From Lama glama (Eukaryota), in the NCBI GenBank assembly GCA_028534125.1, contig CM052817.1:57042001-57106000 (forward strand): a stretch of DNA of 64,000 nucleotides, given 5' to 3'. Within the stretch, counting starts at the first letter, position 1; each line of letters begins with the position of its first letter. This document shows, piece by piece, positions 37,662-52,479 of the stretch. A model generated the notes under the pieces. That model made no database searches, was not told the origin of the DNA, and was given only the letters and a program-made list of their open reading frames with translations. The position numbers and the translations under genes are program-made.

Positions 37662-39179
37662 CTAGAGTACAGAGAAAATGGGAAATGCTTGAAAGAATAA
37701 AACTCAATCCCCAAAAGCTATTGGCCTCCCACATTAGGCAGCTCTAAGAATTATTTCCTATCAGCACTATAGCAAGTGACATAAGTAATTCCCAAGTGTT
37801 CCCCTTGCTTAGTATTCACCTCTAATCAAACAAGTAGGTGGAGGAAAGACTTATTACAATGGGGTATGACTCCACCTTTTCAGCCTCATTTCCCTTGAGG
37901 TTTGCAGGCTCATTCCTAAATGTTCTAATGTACTGGGATGGGAACAACCTAAAAATTACAGACACAGTATACTGAGTGGCAATATTTGAACCATGTTAAA
38001 CTATACTCAAAGTTGGTATAAAAATGGAATTCCATCTTCAAAATCAGTATAATTATTTTCATCATAACCTCATTCAAACTATTCCCTCAAATGACCTCCA
38101 CAGGATTCCCATATGGAAATCCTATTCACTCACATCAAGTCCAACTAAAAATGTAATTTTCTCCACAAAGTCTTTCTTTACCATCTGGCACCATTTCTTT
38201 ACCATTTAATGAGTATATTCATTTATTAAACAAGTAAGTATTGAGTTTCTACTGTGTTTTGGAATCACAATTACTCCATAGGCTTCAATTTGTTACTGAT
38301 ATAGTCAACAAACATTTAATGTACAACTATTATGTACAGCCATTGTAGTAAATATAGGAGGTACAAATACAAATTATATCTCAAGGTTTTACATTTTAAG
38401 ATCAAATAGATTTTTAATTCTTGATTATACTATTGAATGAATTTATAGAGAGATATATGCATTTCTAGAGCATACTATATAACTCATAGGTGGGGCATTA
38501 ATTTGGTCTCAAGGTGTAGAAGTCTAGAGAATCTTATTTAATTGACAGGATGCCTTATTTTGCATTTACATTTACACAGTAATTTAAACCACTAGTTTTG
38601 TTTTCATACATGGTTTCACATTTCTCAACCAGCTGAAAGTTTAGTATGGATCAAAACATGCCATTAATTTCTATAGGTTCTTTTGAGTATCCTGAATATT
38701 ACACACATACACAAACACACAAACAAATTACCCAAAATTATTGCTGGTAGAGTCATTCATTTGTATATCTAGTAGCTAAAAGTAAGTTTCTGAAATTTTT
38801 GAAACCAGAAATTGCAGACTAACAGGACTTCAGGCAGTCTGCAAGACTGTTTTGCTTGCTTGCATATTTGCTGCACAAAGTTTTCAATTTTTAAAGCCAT
38901 GATCATTAGTGCAGATTTGATATATCTCACATAAAAATCCAGATTTTTGCACTGCCTTGGAAAATCAATCTGGTAGAATTTATAAAATTCTCTCATGGCA
39001 ACAATAGCTGGAGTTGAGAAAGAGCTATCATGTCAGCTCTTACTCATTCATTGTCTAAGTCACCAGTCTCGACCAAGCCGACTACTTATTTGCATTACCT
39101 GCGACACCTCTGTACACACGAAATTTGCAATGTATTTTAAGCAATGTATTTAAATCCTTAGTAAAGGATTTGTCATTTC

Positions 39180-39715
39180 CAAATTCCCATGTGCCCTGTT
39201 TGGACAGATAATGTGCATTCTGCATGGCTTCCAACTGTTACCCTGAATTTGAAGACACTGGGATGGGCTTTACCATTATTCATAGGCGAACAGGAAGGAA
39301 AAGGAATGGCCTGTAAAGACAGAGAGTCGTAATGAGGGCACCCATGACTTAGGAAAAAGAAATTGTTCCTTATTTTATTCTCCAACTGAGAACTGGTCAT
39401 CTAAACCAATGATCTATTCTCAGGAAAAACAAACAAATAAAAACATGCCTAATCTAGTTAGCAGCTACTATTACATTGAATGCATGACATCATCTTGGAG
39501 CTCAAATATTTTATAGAATTCACTGAGCCTTCTCATTGCCTGGCCTTTTGTTATTAATGAAAAGAGGTATTAATAAACAACACTCATTCTTTAATCCTCA
39601 AAGAATCATACCATGCACGAAACTACAATAACAGGAAAATGTCTCTCTAATAAAGCCATAGACATCTAAATCATCATCACTGAGCACAAAAATACTCACC
39701 CTCTTGGACAGCTGA
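39180..39715 (-). pseudogene. SH3-like fossil segments
   Basis: LSKRVSIFVLSDDDLDVYG (ttcag acceptor, gtatga donor); SWVPSL and ECTLSVQTGH. Confidence 0.4.
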
Positions 39716-41459
39716 AAGGTTAAACTGGCAGCTGAGAATTCTAGGAAGGCACTCATTTCTCTGGGTCCCAAGTTCTTCATCCATCAAATGAAAAGGACTG
39801 GATGGTCTCTAAGGTTCCTTCCAGCTCTAAGACTATGATTTTTTCAAGGCACTGACTTAGATGCTACAGATTTGAAGAAATATAGACATCTCCCTATCCT
39901 TCGAGAGTTTTGTAGGGGAAAGAAGACTTATAGAAAAAATGAATAAATAGCATTACAAGCTGGATATATTCCACACCCAATGAGAGAACAGAGAAGAAGT
40001 ATACAATTTTACAGGAAGACAAACTTTCTGGGAATAATGAAGAGAAGGTCCACAAGGAGGCTGAGCATTAAAATATGGTTTTATATTAACAGGCACAAAA
40101 GGGAGGAGGCTCACAGACAGGCCTGCCATCAAGAAGAATCAGGTATGGATCACTTTCTTGCTAAAATTGCCTCCACAGAAGAGATAATGCTTCTTATGAA
40201 AGTCTTGCTCTCTTTCCATTTCCTCACATCTATTTCCCCACAGTGCTGATCCTTCTATTAAGACAAGAGCATTTGATTTACCAGTTTGAACACTCAATGA
40301 CGTTTACCTACAGGTATAGGTCAAACTCCCCAAAATGGCATCTGAGAGCAGCTGGGATCAGATCCCTGCCAAGCATCCCAGCTCCATGTCTTGCACCTCC
40401 CTGACCTCTTCTCACACTCTAGAAACATACAAACACGAAATTCCCCAAAGGGATCACACATATGTTTACTGCATAAATTCAGCATAAATCCCACCCCTTC
40501 AAAAGCCTTCTCTACTCTCTTTGCCTGGTTAATTTCCACTTCACCTGGCTAATTTTCATTCATTCATGAAGGCTCAACTCACCTCCTCTTGCTTCCCAAA
40601 CTCTTCATCTATACTGTACTTGTAATTACTTGCTCTGAGTCTATTATCTCCACTAGATGGTAAAGATGGGAAATAAATCTATCCTATTTCCACTGTTTCG
40701 CCAGCACCTATTAAAATGCCTTGCACACAGATGTCTCTCACAAAATACATGTTCAGTGAATGAATGAATGAACGAACTAGGAAATAGCAAAAGAAATAAG
40801 GTAGCAATAGTGCAAAGAGTACAAGTAATACTCAGCCTCAGAATTCAGGATAAACATGAGCATTTAAATTGTTATTACCTAACGTTAAAGAGTACATTGG
40901 CATAAGGCGACTATGCATACCTCCTTTAATAGTCCAAGACACAGAAGTCAGGCAGGATCAAACGCTTCATAATATTACACAGTGTGCTCACTCTTCCACG
41001 TTATTAAGAGTCACAGTGCTTGGACATCTGAACCTTCAAGTTCAGATTTCACTATAAAGCCCAAGCATGTTGCTGTGGGAAAACAAGATCCACTTTTGCT
41101 CCCTCCATGTAAAACTTGCATCTCATGTTATATTTTCAGCTATAATGGAAATTCAGGCTTAGACAAATGACGCATAATTATGGCAAGGGCACTGACAATG
41201 AGCTGAGAATTCAGTATGTTAAAAGCCAGTGCATCTTTTATCCTATGATAAATCATCGTCAGTTCTGTTTTTAAAGGAAAATAAGAGCACATTTCAGGTG
41301 ATGGCTACATACAGAGAGAATGCAGATGGCCTTAAATATTTTAGACTGGTTGGCTTAAAATGTTTTTGACTTTTGTTTGCTCCTTCCCTTGGTGGAGTTG
41401 GAATACAGGCTTAAAGTTCTCTTTAATGCCAAACAGCTGCTACTTTGCTCTGTTTCAGT

Positions 41460-41537
41460 TAAAACTGAATGTAGCTGCCCCAGATGCCCTGCCTGTGTGG
41501 AGCTGTATAAGATGTCACTGAACATCACCACCAAGCC
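41460..41537 (-). pseudogene. SH3-like fossil exon
   Basis: tattttccag|G. Reads AWW*CSVTSYTAPHRQGIWGSYIQF. Confidence 0.5.
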
Positions 41538-42249
41538 CTGGAAAATAGTGTTATGCATGTATATTAATGAGCCATGTGGTATTTGGGGAGGAGAAGGGGG
41601 AGAAGAGGGGATTCTGACATTTATTATACTACAGCACCAATGCAAAGCTATCAGTACATTAAATTCTCTTTTGTATGATTTGGAATGAAATATTTAAAGT
41701 TAAGATATCTTAGAAATCATCCGGTCAGACCTCCTTTTATGACTGGAAAACTGGGGCCCAGAGAATCTTAGTGACTTTCCAAAGTCACACATCTGATCTA
41801 TGTCAATGCCTCACTCTTCTCCCTTGACAAAGCACTCAGTACTCAGTATCATGAAAGCACTTTTTTAACACTGTAACTTTTATTCAGCTGTCACTACCTT
41901 AGCATGTAGTCAATATTCAGTGAACTCCCACTTGCTCTTTCTCTCTTCCTTTCTCTGCATTGCTTTTTACCCTCAGCCAGAGGTTCTACTTTGATCTTGG
42001 AAACTGTCCTTTATGTCCTAAAAAACAGGCAGAAGCAACCACAATAATAGTTTTCACTTATATGAATAATTTGGTTAGTTTCATGCCAGGCACAAAGGGA
42101 AACAATCTCCATGAACTTGAAAAGAAATTTTAACACTGACATTAACATTCAGCTCAGGGAACATGGCTATGAAATATGTTAAATGTCCTTTTATTGCCTT
42201 TTTCTGCCTTTCCTCTTCTTGATTTCTTCATGAAACCCAGTAGGCATCT

Positions 42250-42929
42250 TGTTACTGACAAAGACATAATATTTGGATAGATAAAACTTAGAGGCATTCC
42301 CATTGTTAGAGCAGGCAGATAGCTAGATTTGAGCAGAGAAAGAGGGACCCAGGCCAAATGGCAGGAATTGGGCAAAAAGGAGGGGCATCGGCCAAATGCA
42401 GGAAACCATACATCATGTAAACATCAGGGGTCCTTGGGCAGAGAAAACCAGGAACTTCAGGACTGATAAGAGATATACATTTTGGGGTGACAAGTGTCCT
42501 GGAGGCCAACAAAGAAAGGTGGGAAAAGGCAGGAATCTCTAGTGTTTGAACATTATGCCCTCATCACAATAAAATTAGCCTTGCAGATTAGAAGTACCCA
42601 TGATGCAATGACACCATGACACTTCCAATCCAGGCCAAATAAGGATAAAAATCACTCCTCCCTTCGGGAAGGTGGAGCTGGGATGAAAATCAGGGAATAA
42701 GACCCCAAACCTTTCCCTCCCCAATGAATATTCCACCTATTCATTTTTAACCCCATGTAACCAACTTTTCAAAGAAACTCAGCACAGCTGCTCACCTGAG
42801 CCTGCCCACTCTCCCCTTGAGAGTGTACTATATCTATCCCTAAATAAATCCTGACCTTACTTTCTTAACCTCCATGTCTTGTCCCTGAATTCTTTCTGCA
42901 ATGAGACAAGAACCTAATCACTGGCAACA
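42250..42929 (+). mobile_element. Solo ERV LTR
   Basis: TG...CA ends (tgttact..ggcaaca), aataaa at ~42844, gaattctttctgca..acaagaacc typical of an LTR U5 region. Confidence 0.75.
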
Positions 42930-42959
42930 ACATGAAAAGTCCAGTCCACAGTAATAGAA

Positions 42960-43390
42960 TATGTGTAATAATAGGGTAAATTAGCTGTTGTAACAAATAG
43001 GCCCCAAAATATATAATGGCTCTGAGACAACAGAAGTTTATTTCTTACTCACTTACTAGTACTGGGTAATTAAATAAATTAGTAAGCTGGACTTCTAAAT
43101 AGTTATTCAGAAAGCAGGCTGATGGAGGCAACCAAGGGTCAGCCATCTTCAACATGTAGCTTCCACGATGACCCTAGTCACCTGCACTCCAGTCTGCTGA
43201 AAGGGGAAAGGGAGCATGGAGGAACACGTAAGAGGCTTCAGTGAGCCCAGCAGGAAGGTGGAGCCTGAGACTTCCATTCACAATCCCTGGGCTAGACCTC
43301 AGTCACACGGCCTCATCTACTGCAAAGCAGGCTGGGAAATGAAGTCTGGCTGACTGTCCAAGAAAAAGAGAACCTGCCACTTGAGCAATA
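42960..43390 (-). mobile_element. MLT1 LTR
   Basis: tagctgttgtaacaaataggccccaaa..gaagtttatttcttactcac..cagtcacacggcc..ggctgggaaatgaagtct. Confidence 0.75.
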
Positions 43391-46300
43391 TAGAATCTGC
43401 TTTGTTCCCTGTGATATCTCTTAACTGTGTAAACAATATCCTAAGGTTAAAGAAAGAAAGAACAGCTTTGACTTACCCTTATTCTTACTCAAATTCTTCT
43501 ATGGCTACAAGAGTGGAAAATCAGAGACACACATTGCTTCTTTCAAACCAACTAAGGACATCTACAATTAAAGATGTAACTAATGCCATAAATTAATACA
43601 TGAGAAGTCTAGGCTATAAACCAAGTATTTGTGGTGCACCTTGCAGCCCATGGTAGCAAATCACAGTTTCAACTGATATTTTTCCATTAAAACTGCGTAT
43701 CTATACATATCCAATCAAGTTTTTAATCAAACTTCCCAGTTAGTTCAGCTTTAAAACCAAACATATTCAATTAGTCATAGAAACAATCCTATTGATTGGA
43801 TTGACCATTTCTTATAAGCTTCCATTTACCAAGCATCTGTTCTTCATCAGACATTGACCTATGGTACATGATATGTCCTTCCTTATTGTCTCCCATTTTG
43901 CAGATGGGAAAATAGAGGCTGAAAGAGAATTAAAATCGTTCAAGGTAAGTTACAGGGTTGGGAGCAAACCCAGGTCCACCTGACTCCAATTTTTCCTCTG
44001 TGGTGCACTGCTTTCCCATCGGTTCTTTCCAATGTTTAGATGAGCTGCATGTGGATTCTGCCAGAGTATTGAGAGATTATGAAAATGAGCTCAGAAGGGT
44101 TTGCCTAAACTTAGAGTAAATAGCACTGTCATGACCTGATAGGATGCATGACCTCCCTCTGTGCCCACCCACTACTTAGCAACAAGAGGAAGCACTAAGG
44201 CACAGGGAGAAATCTTACTTGATGTGTTACTCCCAGCAGTCCACTTTTTCATCCAATTTTAGGGCTTTCGAGCCTCTGCTTTTGGGAAATGCAGGCTGGG
44301 AAGGCAGGATGAAGCCTACTCAGAAATACAAGCCGAGGTATTATCCTAGCAACTCCCTAAAGCAATTGTAAACATTGTTTGCCTAAGCCTTAAGTGCTGC
44401 TGCCTGGCAGTACACAATGCAAAGTTCAAAGGTTTGCTCATTACCATAATGGGATATAAGCCTTTGCTGTTGGCTGTGGAATAATGAAGATAGTTCTTGT
44501 GGATTGTTCCTTCAATCTCTGTTTATGTAGGTTAAAGAAGTTTGTTGTGTAGCTGTTTTCTTTTTCTTTCTTTCTTTTTTAATTTCTCTGGAAAATCTTT
44601 CTATGATCAATTCTAAGATAATATTCAACAAGGTCCTTCATAAAGGGCAGAAGATTATAAATTGAGTTTTATCCCCCACAAAACATCTTGTCTTTTCACT
44701 TTTCATGGTCAATAAGTAACTCATTACTTCAGTATTTCTGTACTTGCCAATAATGGGAGACTTGTTAGCCTGACAAAGGCAGATTTAATTAAAACATACA
44801 TACACACAACAAATGTGTTCATAATACTGAAAAAATTGGCAGGAAACAAATGAGAGCATATTGAAAAAAACAGAACATCTCTTTTTCTTACAAGATAACT
44901 TTAGCTACAACCGTGAAATCAAACACACAAAGCAAAATAAAATAAGGATTTTTCCATCAGCACAGTTTTAGGGTTAACTTTCAAACATAAATTAAACTTC
45001 CTCTGCTTGACATGTCCTGGCATATTCAGACTCAAAGCTAGACTCAAAACATACAAAGCATTTAATATTTTTAATTATTCACGCCACACACTCATCCCAG
45101 AGATGCACATTTCAAAAGTGGCAAGGTTTCTGCTTTGGGAACACTAACCTAAAGAGACATTGGGGAATTTAATCACATTGTTCCTTATGCTTTGGAGTAT
45201 TGGGGGCCACTCTCAGCTCATAGCCTTTGTATGCTAACAGCAAGGACTTGGTCCAGAAACTGTTTTGAGTCAACAATGAAACAAGGAACTTAAGCTTTTA
45301 TCTAATAGGACTTCTCCAAGGAACTCCCAGATTTGGGGGCCAGAGGTTGGAAGTAGTGGAACAAGAGCAAGGGGAGAGAGAGTAGATGCAGCCTGTCCTT
45401 CAGCCCTGCTCCTCCAAAATTCCTGCAAAATAACTGGGAAGCACTACAGTGGTGACACCTTCCTGAGTCCCTTCCACCCCATCTTCTCAGGTTCACCTGA
45501 TTCAGTAGAGATACACAGAATCCTCACCTAATGATCAAGGAACCCTCCAAAGTGCAAGATGGTCTGGGAAAAACAGACCATCTTTCCTTTGTCTTAGCTT
45601 CATCTCTCCTTTGTGCCCCTAGGAAGAGGTCTTAAAGGCTCTGACTTCTGAAAAAAAAAAAAAAAAGACTCTAGTACACAGATGTTCACTCTCTCGCAAT
45701 CTCGTCTTCCTCTCAAGGAATCCCTCCCTTCATTAAGCCAACTTGGTGATCTTTCTCCTTCCTTTGGGAGATCCCAAATACCTCTGTGGAAAAAGGAGAA
45801 ATCTTGTTTCTTATGTGGCTTAAACACTATGGTCCTCTGGCTTTAGCTAGGTGTTTAATAAGGTGCTCAGTTACAAACTCAGAAAGGAAGGAGAAAGGGA
45901 AAAGGTGAGATCTAGTGTCATGTAAAAGCCAAGATTGTTGCTCCAATTATGTTTTTCTTCACCCTGGCAGAGAAAGCTATAACTGCTTTTCTCACCGTTT
46001 ACCTAAGACACAAGCACATGCCAAGGTAAGCACTAATTTTTCCCTGAGGACAATCAAATCAATTATTTATATAGAAAAGACATCCTTCCTATCAACATGA
46101 CTTGGGATGCTGCCCTTTGTGAAGCAAGAATCCTGCTATTTCAGGGAGAGCCATTTTTGGCTCTTTCCTGAGCCAAGCTTCCCTTACAGGAGTCACCACA
46201 GTAACTGGGACAAGCTCTTCCTTTGCAGTCCAGGAGAAGTGGTATCAATTCTAGTAAGATCTTTGCTATTTAAGATCCTCCTCAGCAGTACCATAGACTT

Positions 46301-46409
46301 GAGAGAGGGCATTTCTTCCTGCCACTGATGCAAGACGTCTTACCTGGTGATACAAGTGAAAGACAAAGAAGAAAGAGACTTGGTCTCCAAGAAATTTACA
46401 GACTAGTCG

Positions 46410-46880
46410 GGCCATACTGGTTATATTGATGTATAATAAATTTCTCCAAAACACTGTAGCATAAAACAACAAATGTTTATTGTATCACCGTTTCTTTGGA
46501 TCAGGATCAGGATACAGCTAGCTGGCTGTCTCTGCCTCAAGGTCTTAATGAGGTTGCAGTCAAGCTGTCAGCTAGGGTTGCAGTCTCATCTGAAAGCTTA
46601 ACTGAGGGGAATCCACTTCCACACTCACTTACATGGACCTTGATTCCCTTACTACATGGACCTCTCTATAGGGTAGCTTGTTTGCTCAAGAAGAAAGTAA
46701 AAAGGAGTGTTTAGGACAGAAGCCAAAATCTTTTAAGCAGCTAGTATCAGAAGTGAAATCCCAGAACTTCTGCCATATTCTGTTCATTAGAAGAGAATCA
46801 GTAAATCCAGCCCATGTATAAGGGGAGTGGATAATACAAAGATATGAATACTAGGAGGTGGGGATAACTGGGGGCCAACT
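46410..46880 (-). mobile_element. MLT1 LTR
   Basis: aaaacaacaaatgtttattgtatcac..gaggttgcagtcaagctgtcagctaggg..cttctgccatattctgttcattagaag. Confidence 0.8.
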
Positions 46881-48649
46881 TAGAGGCTGACTACCACTAA
46901 AACACTAAGACAAGCACAAAGACAACTAGACAATTTACCTTAAGTGAGGTACAGTTTCAAAGAGTGAGAAAGCACTCTTGTTAGAAAAATCAGAGAAGAT
47001 TTCAGCCTCCTAAAAGAGATTATATTTAAGCTGGCTCTTAACAAATGGGCAGGTCTGTAATAAGTGGAGATAACTGGAAGGTGTTTTAAGCTAAAATAAA
47101 GGCATGAGCAGAGGTAGAGAGGCAAGAAAGTGTGGAATGCTCAGGGATGACAGCTTGGTTTGACTAGCAGGCATGTCTGCAGAGATGAGTAATGGACTTG
47201 GTTTGTTCATTCTGTTTTATAGACATAAGATTAGCTCCTTGTAACCAAAAACCAGCATAATGTAGAAGATGGACTTTGACTCCATGAAATCTAAGTTCAG
47301 ATCCCAATCCCTCCATTCAATTTCTTATGTGACCTTCAGCACATTATACAAATTCTCTGAGCTTCCTTATCTGAGAAATTATTAGAATACTATCTTACAG
47401 GGTGTGTGTGGGAATTAAATGCCTAGGACACATCTAGCATAGCCCTTGACAATGATGGGCATTCAACTGTCAGGTCCTTCTTAAAGGAAAGAGCTGTCTT
47501 TTATTCTCTGTATCCCTTCTAGTATCTCCCATACAATAAGGCCTCAATAAACGTTTAATTAATTAATTGATGCAAGCATGCCTTAATGAATAAATGCACC
47601 TCTCAGCCAAATGGTGAGTTTGATCATTATAGTCTTATTCCTTGAACATCTATCCCCTGCTGGAATAACAATGCAAAGAAGAGTGGGGATTAATTAGATA
47701 CATGATCATCTTCAAACAGTAAACTGTACATAGCAGTATTATTATTTGCTAAGATCAGCTAATACTAAAAAATGGCAAGTAGTAATTAACTAGGTTCCTA
47801 GGGCAACTCTATTTTCTTTACATATCAATACCCTCACTACAGACTTCAGGTAGATTATAAAAATAAAAATAATACTTCAAGACTACTCAAAAGATAAATA
47901 AATCGAGACTAAGCATAAATGAGTGTCAATAAAGGCGAGGAGAAAGAGTGCACAGAACCATAGGTCTTCCAATCCTGTGTTACTAGGATCACATTCCATG
48001 ACATTAAAATGTCTTGTCTTGTACATCTTCTTTCTCTTTCATCTTCTTTTCTCTTCTTCCATTTTCTGACTGTTCCTTCTCTTTTTCTCACCTACCATTA
48101 ATTTCTTCTTTCTCAAAGCCCCCTTCCTTCCACATAAAAATCTATTGCTTCTATTCTGCTTCCTCTCAGCCTAATCATATCCTTACCATCAGCAAGAGAA
48201 ACAAAAAGCCATAATCTTCTCAGATCAATGAAAAGCAGTAAGGATACTGGCTAGCCTGGATTGAAAGTGTACTGCTTGGCCAGACTGAGTCAGACCTGCT
48301 ATGCTTACTGTCTCCCAATAAGAGCACTAACAATGCCAGAGCCAGTATGTCTGGGATACTCCCCCAAAATATCTTCCAGTCTCCTGACTCTTGGGACCAC
48401 TTTGGATGAGGAAATATGTGAGACTGTCTTACCCCCAGAAAATGTCCACTTTCTCAAAGTAGACAGGAACCCTGTAAAAATAATCAAAGACATTGAGAGT
48501 TTGAAGCAGGAAACACCACTATCCATTAATATCAAGGTTTTAAAAATCATCTGGAGTCCCAAGAAGGAGAAAGGGTCAGATCATCAGTCATTAGCACTTT
48601 GCACTGGCACTACTGCCTGAAGAGTACTACTGCAAGTGTACTTGGTTAT

Positions 48650-49075
48650 AAACAGAAGAGAAGTGGCAGGAATTCCAGCTGCTCACCAAAATGCTTTGTC
48701 TCGTCTGCCTGAGCACCACTGGACTATAGTTCCCAGCTTCCGCTGCAAACGTTATCTTTAAGTGACTGAGCTCAACTGAATGTGAGAGGAGATGATAGGT
48801 ACCATTTTCAGGTCCAGTCCTTAAGAGGCTCCTTCATGCACTGAAACTCTTCCCTTCCTGACTGACTATGATGTCAACCCCTAAGGGTGACATTCGAAGC
48901 CTTCCACGGAATATGGCAGAGACACAGAAGCCCTGGTCCTCCAAAGACTACCACTGACTAGGGACTGCCTCAGATTCTTATTTGAGCAAGAGATAAATGT
49001 CTTCTGCATGTGACATTTATTTGACCCAATATGCCTTTTAAAGACCCATTTGTTATAGCCTGGTGCTATCCTAAC
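48650..49075 (+). mobile_element. MLT1 LTR
   Basis: ttcccagcttccgctgca..gtgactgag..gagcaagagataaatgtct..tttgttatagc..cctaacaca. Confidence 0.7.
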
Positions 49076-49242
49076 ACAGGACAGTTGTCTGGTGAGGGAC
49101 CTGGAAATTTTTATGGAATTCTGATCATAGCAATTGACAAGCTTTAGCCAAAACAGTGGCTAAATGGTTTAGGGGCCACTTACTCTCTTTGGAAAAACTC
49201 GGACCAATGCAAAAGTCTCTATTCCCTAAAAAATTCACATGA

Positions 49243-49245
<3 letters not shown>

Positions 49246-49292
<47 letters not shown>

Positions 49293-49330
49293 ACTCTCGC
49301 TCTCTCTCACACACACACAGACACACACAC
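49246..49330 (+). repeat. (CT)n-(CA)n compound microsatellite
   Basis: Read directly from the sequence. Confidence 0.95.
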
Positions 49331-50932
49331 AAAATTGGATAAAATCCAGGAAGTTTTTTCATGGGCAGTAGGACCCTTGGTTAAAAGTGTCTGAAATTTC
49401 TCTATCAATCACTCACTATATGTGGCTGATGAATTTCTATGTGAACTAGGTCAGCAGTACCAGCCCTTTGGAGCTCATAGTCTACTGGATCTAGACAGTG
49501 AGATATCTTTGTCTACATTCTGTCCAAGGCACTTAATCTATTTAAGAACTGCAAGGAATTTAACCACAAGTCCCCATCAAGACCTATTGCCCTCCAAAAT
49601 CACCATAGGGATCCCTCTTCTCCCACAGATCTCCTCTTTCCACCTTCAACACTGGCACACCCATCCCACTGTGACCACTACCTACCCTTCTTCCACCTTC
49701 ATCCCAGATCTCTTTCCTGAATTACTGTCCCAGGACCCTGGGTGGAAAACACTGAGGCTGATCCCCTGTTGCCCTCTGGTAGTCATATCTGACATGGACC
49801 TGAAGAGCACACCATCCTGGAAGCCTTATAGCCTCCATACTTGCGTAACATTAACCCTTCAGGGCCCTGTACTGCCCCCGAAAGAAGACTAGAGGGGAAT
49901 ACGAGCAACGTTGCAGAGTATGGACAGACCAGAAAACACTGTGACGTGTTCCTGCTCTGCAAAGTTCTGCATCCTTTCCTCGTACTCTTTCCAACCTATC
50001 TTCCTCCCTCTTACTCCTTCTTTGTCTTTAATTATTTCAGTTTTCACACACTTCTGTCTATGTCTTGGGCCTACCCCTGAGGTTTCTGTCGGCATTGTTT
50101 GAAGACATAAATTCAGCTTCACCTGTAGGTAGAATGAACCATTGCTTAAGGTGTGTGATTTCAGGGGTTCTGGAAACAAGACACCTCGGTTCTATATTGC
50201 TCAACCCCCCAAAATTTCTCCCAAACTGTCTGATGACTGATATTGCTTTAATTTATTCAGTAAAAATACACTGATTACCTACTATGTGTCAGGCACAATT
50301 CTAGGTACTGAGGGTACAGCAGTAAACAAAATGTATAAATATGGGACAAATATTTTTATTCCACAATTAGGGCTCCCTTTAGATGCAAATATTACTGAGA
50401 AGAAACATATAGATGTACATAAGCCCTGATCTATTCATGCATGTCACCAAATTTCTCTGTGAAAGTCATACAGCAGTAGGCAGAGAGGGGAGAACTATTC
50501 AAGGAGCAATGGCCCCTTCCTGGTTCTCCTATGATCAAACCACAAAAGCTAGCATGACAACACAATTCTGTAGAAAGAACAGACACTTTAAGACTGTACA
50601 GACATGGATTTAAATCTTGGCTCCATTTCTTGCAAAGTGTATGTTCTTTAGCCAGATAATTAACCTCTCTGAATCTCTGTGCTTTTATCTACAGAAATAG
50701 AGAAATTGACCTCAGTTTATCATGATTGTGGTGCAAGATCATGTGTAACCCCCAGAGCAAGCTCTGGCAAAGAATGGACCTCATAGACACTAGCTTCCCT
50801 GCCATTCCCAAAATAACTTGTTTATAGTCAGAGACCAGTGAGCTAGGGTGACTCTAATGACATTGGCACATAATGACTGAAATTGCTTTAATAAAGGATC
50901 AAGATTTTGATTTCACAATTAGAGCTGTTTCA

Positions 50933-51107
50933 GGGGTAGGGATATAGCTCAGTAGTAGTGTGTGCTTAGCATGCACAAGGTCCTGGGTTCAATCCCCAGT
51001 ACCTCCAGGAAAAAAGAGAGAGAGAAAAATAATAATAAAAAAATTTTAAATTACAACTCCCCCCCACAACCTACACAAATAAATAAATACAGGAAAGAAG
51101 AAAAAAC
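50933..51107 (+). mobile_element. tRNA-derived SINE (Vic-1-like) with target-site duplication
   Basis: ggggtagggatatagctcagtag..gcatgcacaaggtcctgggttcaatccccagtacctcc. TSD CAATTAGAG(C/T)TGTTTC at 50916-50931 and 51108-51123. Confidence 0.9.
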
Positions 51108-52099
51108 CAATTAGAGTTGTTTCCATAATTAGCACAATTCTACCCCTAGTCTGCAGCCTGACAGAACCTACTCCTTTTTCGGTCACAGCCTGCCCTGGCA
51201 ACTCATGATACCAAACGCAGGAGCTGAGGCTCTCTGGAAGCTCTGGAACCCATTCAAGGTATTGGTCTTTTCGTGAAAGGGTTGGAACAAAAGCCTGCCA
51301 CGTGGAGAGTGTGAGGAGGTAGGGTTATCAGACCTCAGGGAATGCAGGGAGGGGAAGAAGAAAAACACCTACCTAGTATCATTTCTCCCCTTTAATGTCA
51401 TTTCGTGTCATTTTATTTATTGCCTGTAGGGAATCAATTAAAACAGTGCTAATTTATGGGTCTTAATGAACAAGGTATTATGCAAACTTTGTAAGCACAG
51501 CAGGCTTATTGAATGGAGAACACTGAAAAGCACAATTGCCTGACATGACATTCTCTTACAGTCCTCCCTTTCAGACTCCAAAATGGTACAGAAACGAACA
51601 TAAACATGTGTGTGGGCATGTGTGTGTGTGTGTGTGTGTGTGCAGGATGCATACTGCATACAGTCAACTCCTCCTGACCCCACTTCTAAGAACCACAGGG
51701 CAGAGTATTTACCCCAAAATATGAGATTATCTTTGTAATCCATCGTGGTGCTTTGTGCTTTGCTCTACATAGCACTTCTTGGACTAACAGACAAACCTAT
51801 TTCTTAATCATTAATTCACATAATAACATTTTGAAGACTATCTGAAGTCCCTAACGCTACACAGACACCATTCCAGGCATCAGAAATGTTAAGGTGAATA
51901 AAATACAGTTACTTGCTTTAGAATTCACAGGCTAGCTGAGGAGACAGATTCCTAGACAAACAACTACAGTGTCTTATTGCACCACAGAGGACAGACACTT
52001 ATTCTTGGACATCAGGAGTATAAGTCAGGAGGCGCTTCACTGGATCACTGGGAGAAAAAAGTCCCCTCCCTCCTCTTCTGTGCTGATCAGCTTGTGGTT

Positions 52100-52411
52100 T
52101 CTGATTTCCTGGAGCCTGAGCCCAGTTTGTGGGTCCAGGGCCATGTGCCTCTACGAGCTACGAGTGTTCCTTTTCTAAATCCCATCTCCTGCCTGAACAG
52201 AGACTCCTGGCAGAATTTGAACACAAGCCATGTTGTCATGGACTCCTCTAGCCTGAAGTAAGAATGCCCCACTGATGTGCTTGATGCCAGTAGGCCTGGT
52301 CACAGCTGAGTCCCACACTTCTAGGATCCAAGAATACCTGCCTACTTCCCAAACAGCTGGCTGTGAGGCACTTGGTCGAATTTGAAGTTGAACATTATCG
52401 CCTGCCCACAC
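52100..52411 (-). pseudogene. SH3-like fossil exon
   Basis: WAGDNVQL.. and LQARGVHDNMACVQILPGVSVQAGDGI, like ARALYDY.A...ELS..AGD.I. Confidence 0.55.
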
Positions 52412-52479
52412 AGAAGAAAAGAAACAAGCCCTACTGAGCAGAATATTCTATGCCACTGGATAGAGTAATTTTTTTATTT

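Noticed and set aside
49422..49892. 156-aa plus-strand ORF
   Set aside because: GTG start, no recognisable domain and no supporting splice structure.
50933..51006. Possible tRNA gene
   Set aside because: Degenerate cloverleaf with an A-rich tail and TSD, so it is a SINE.
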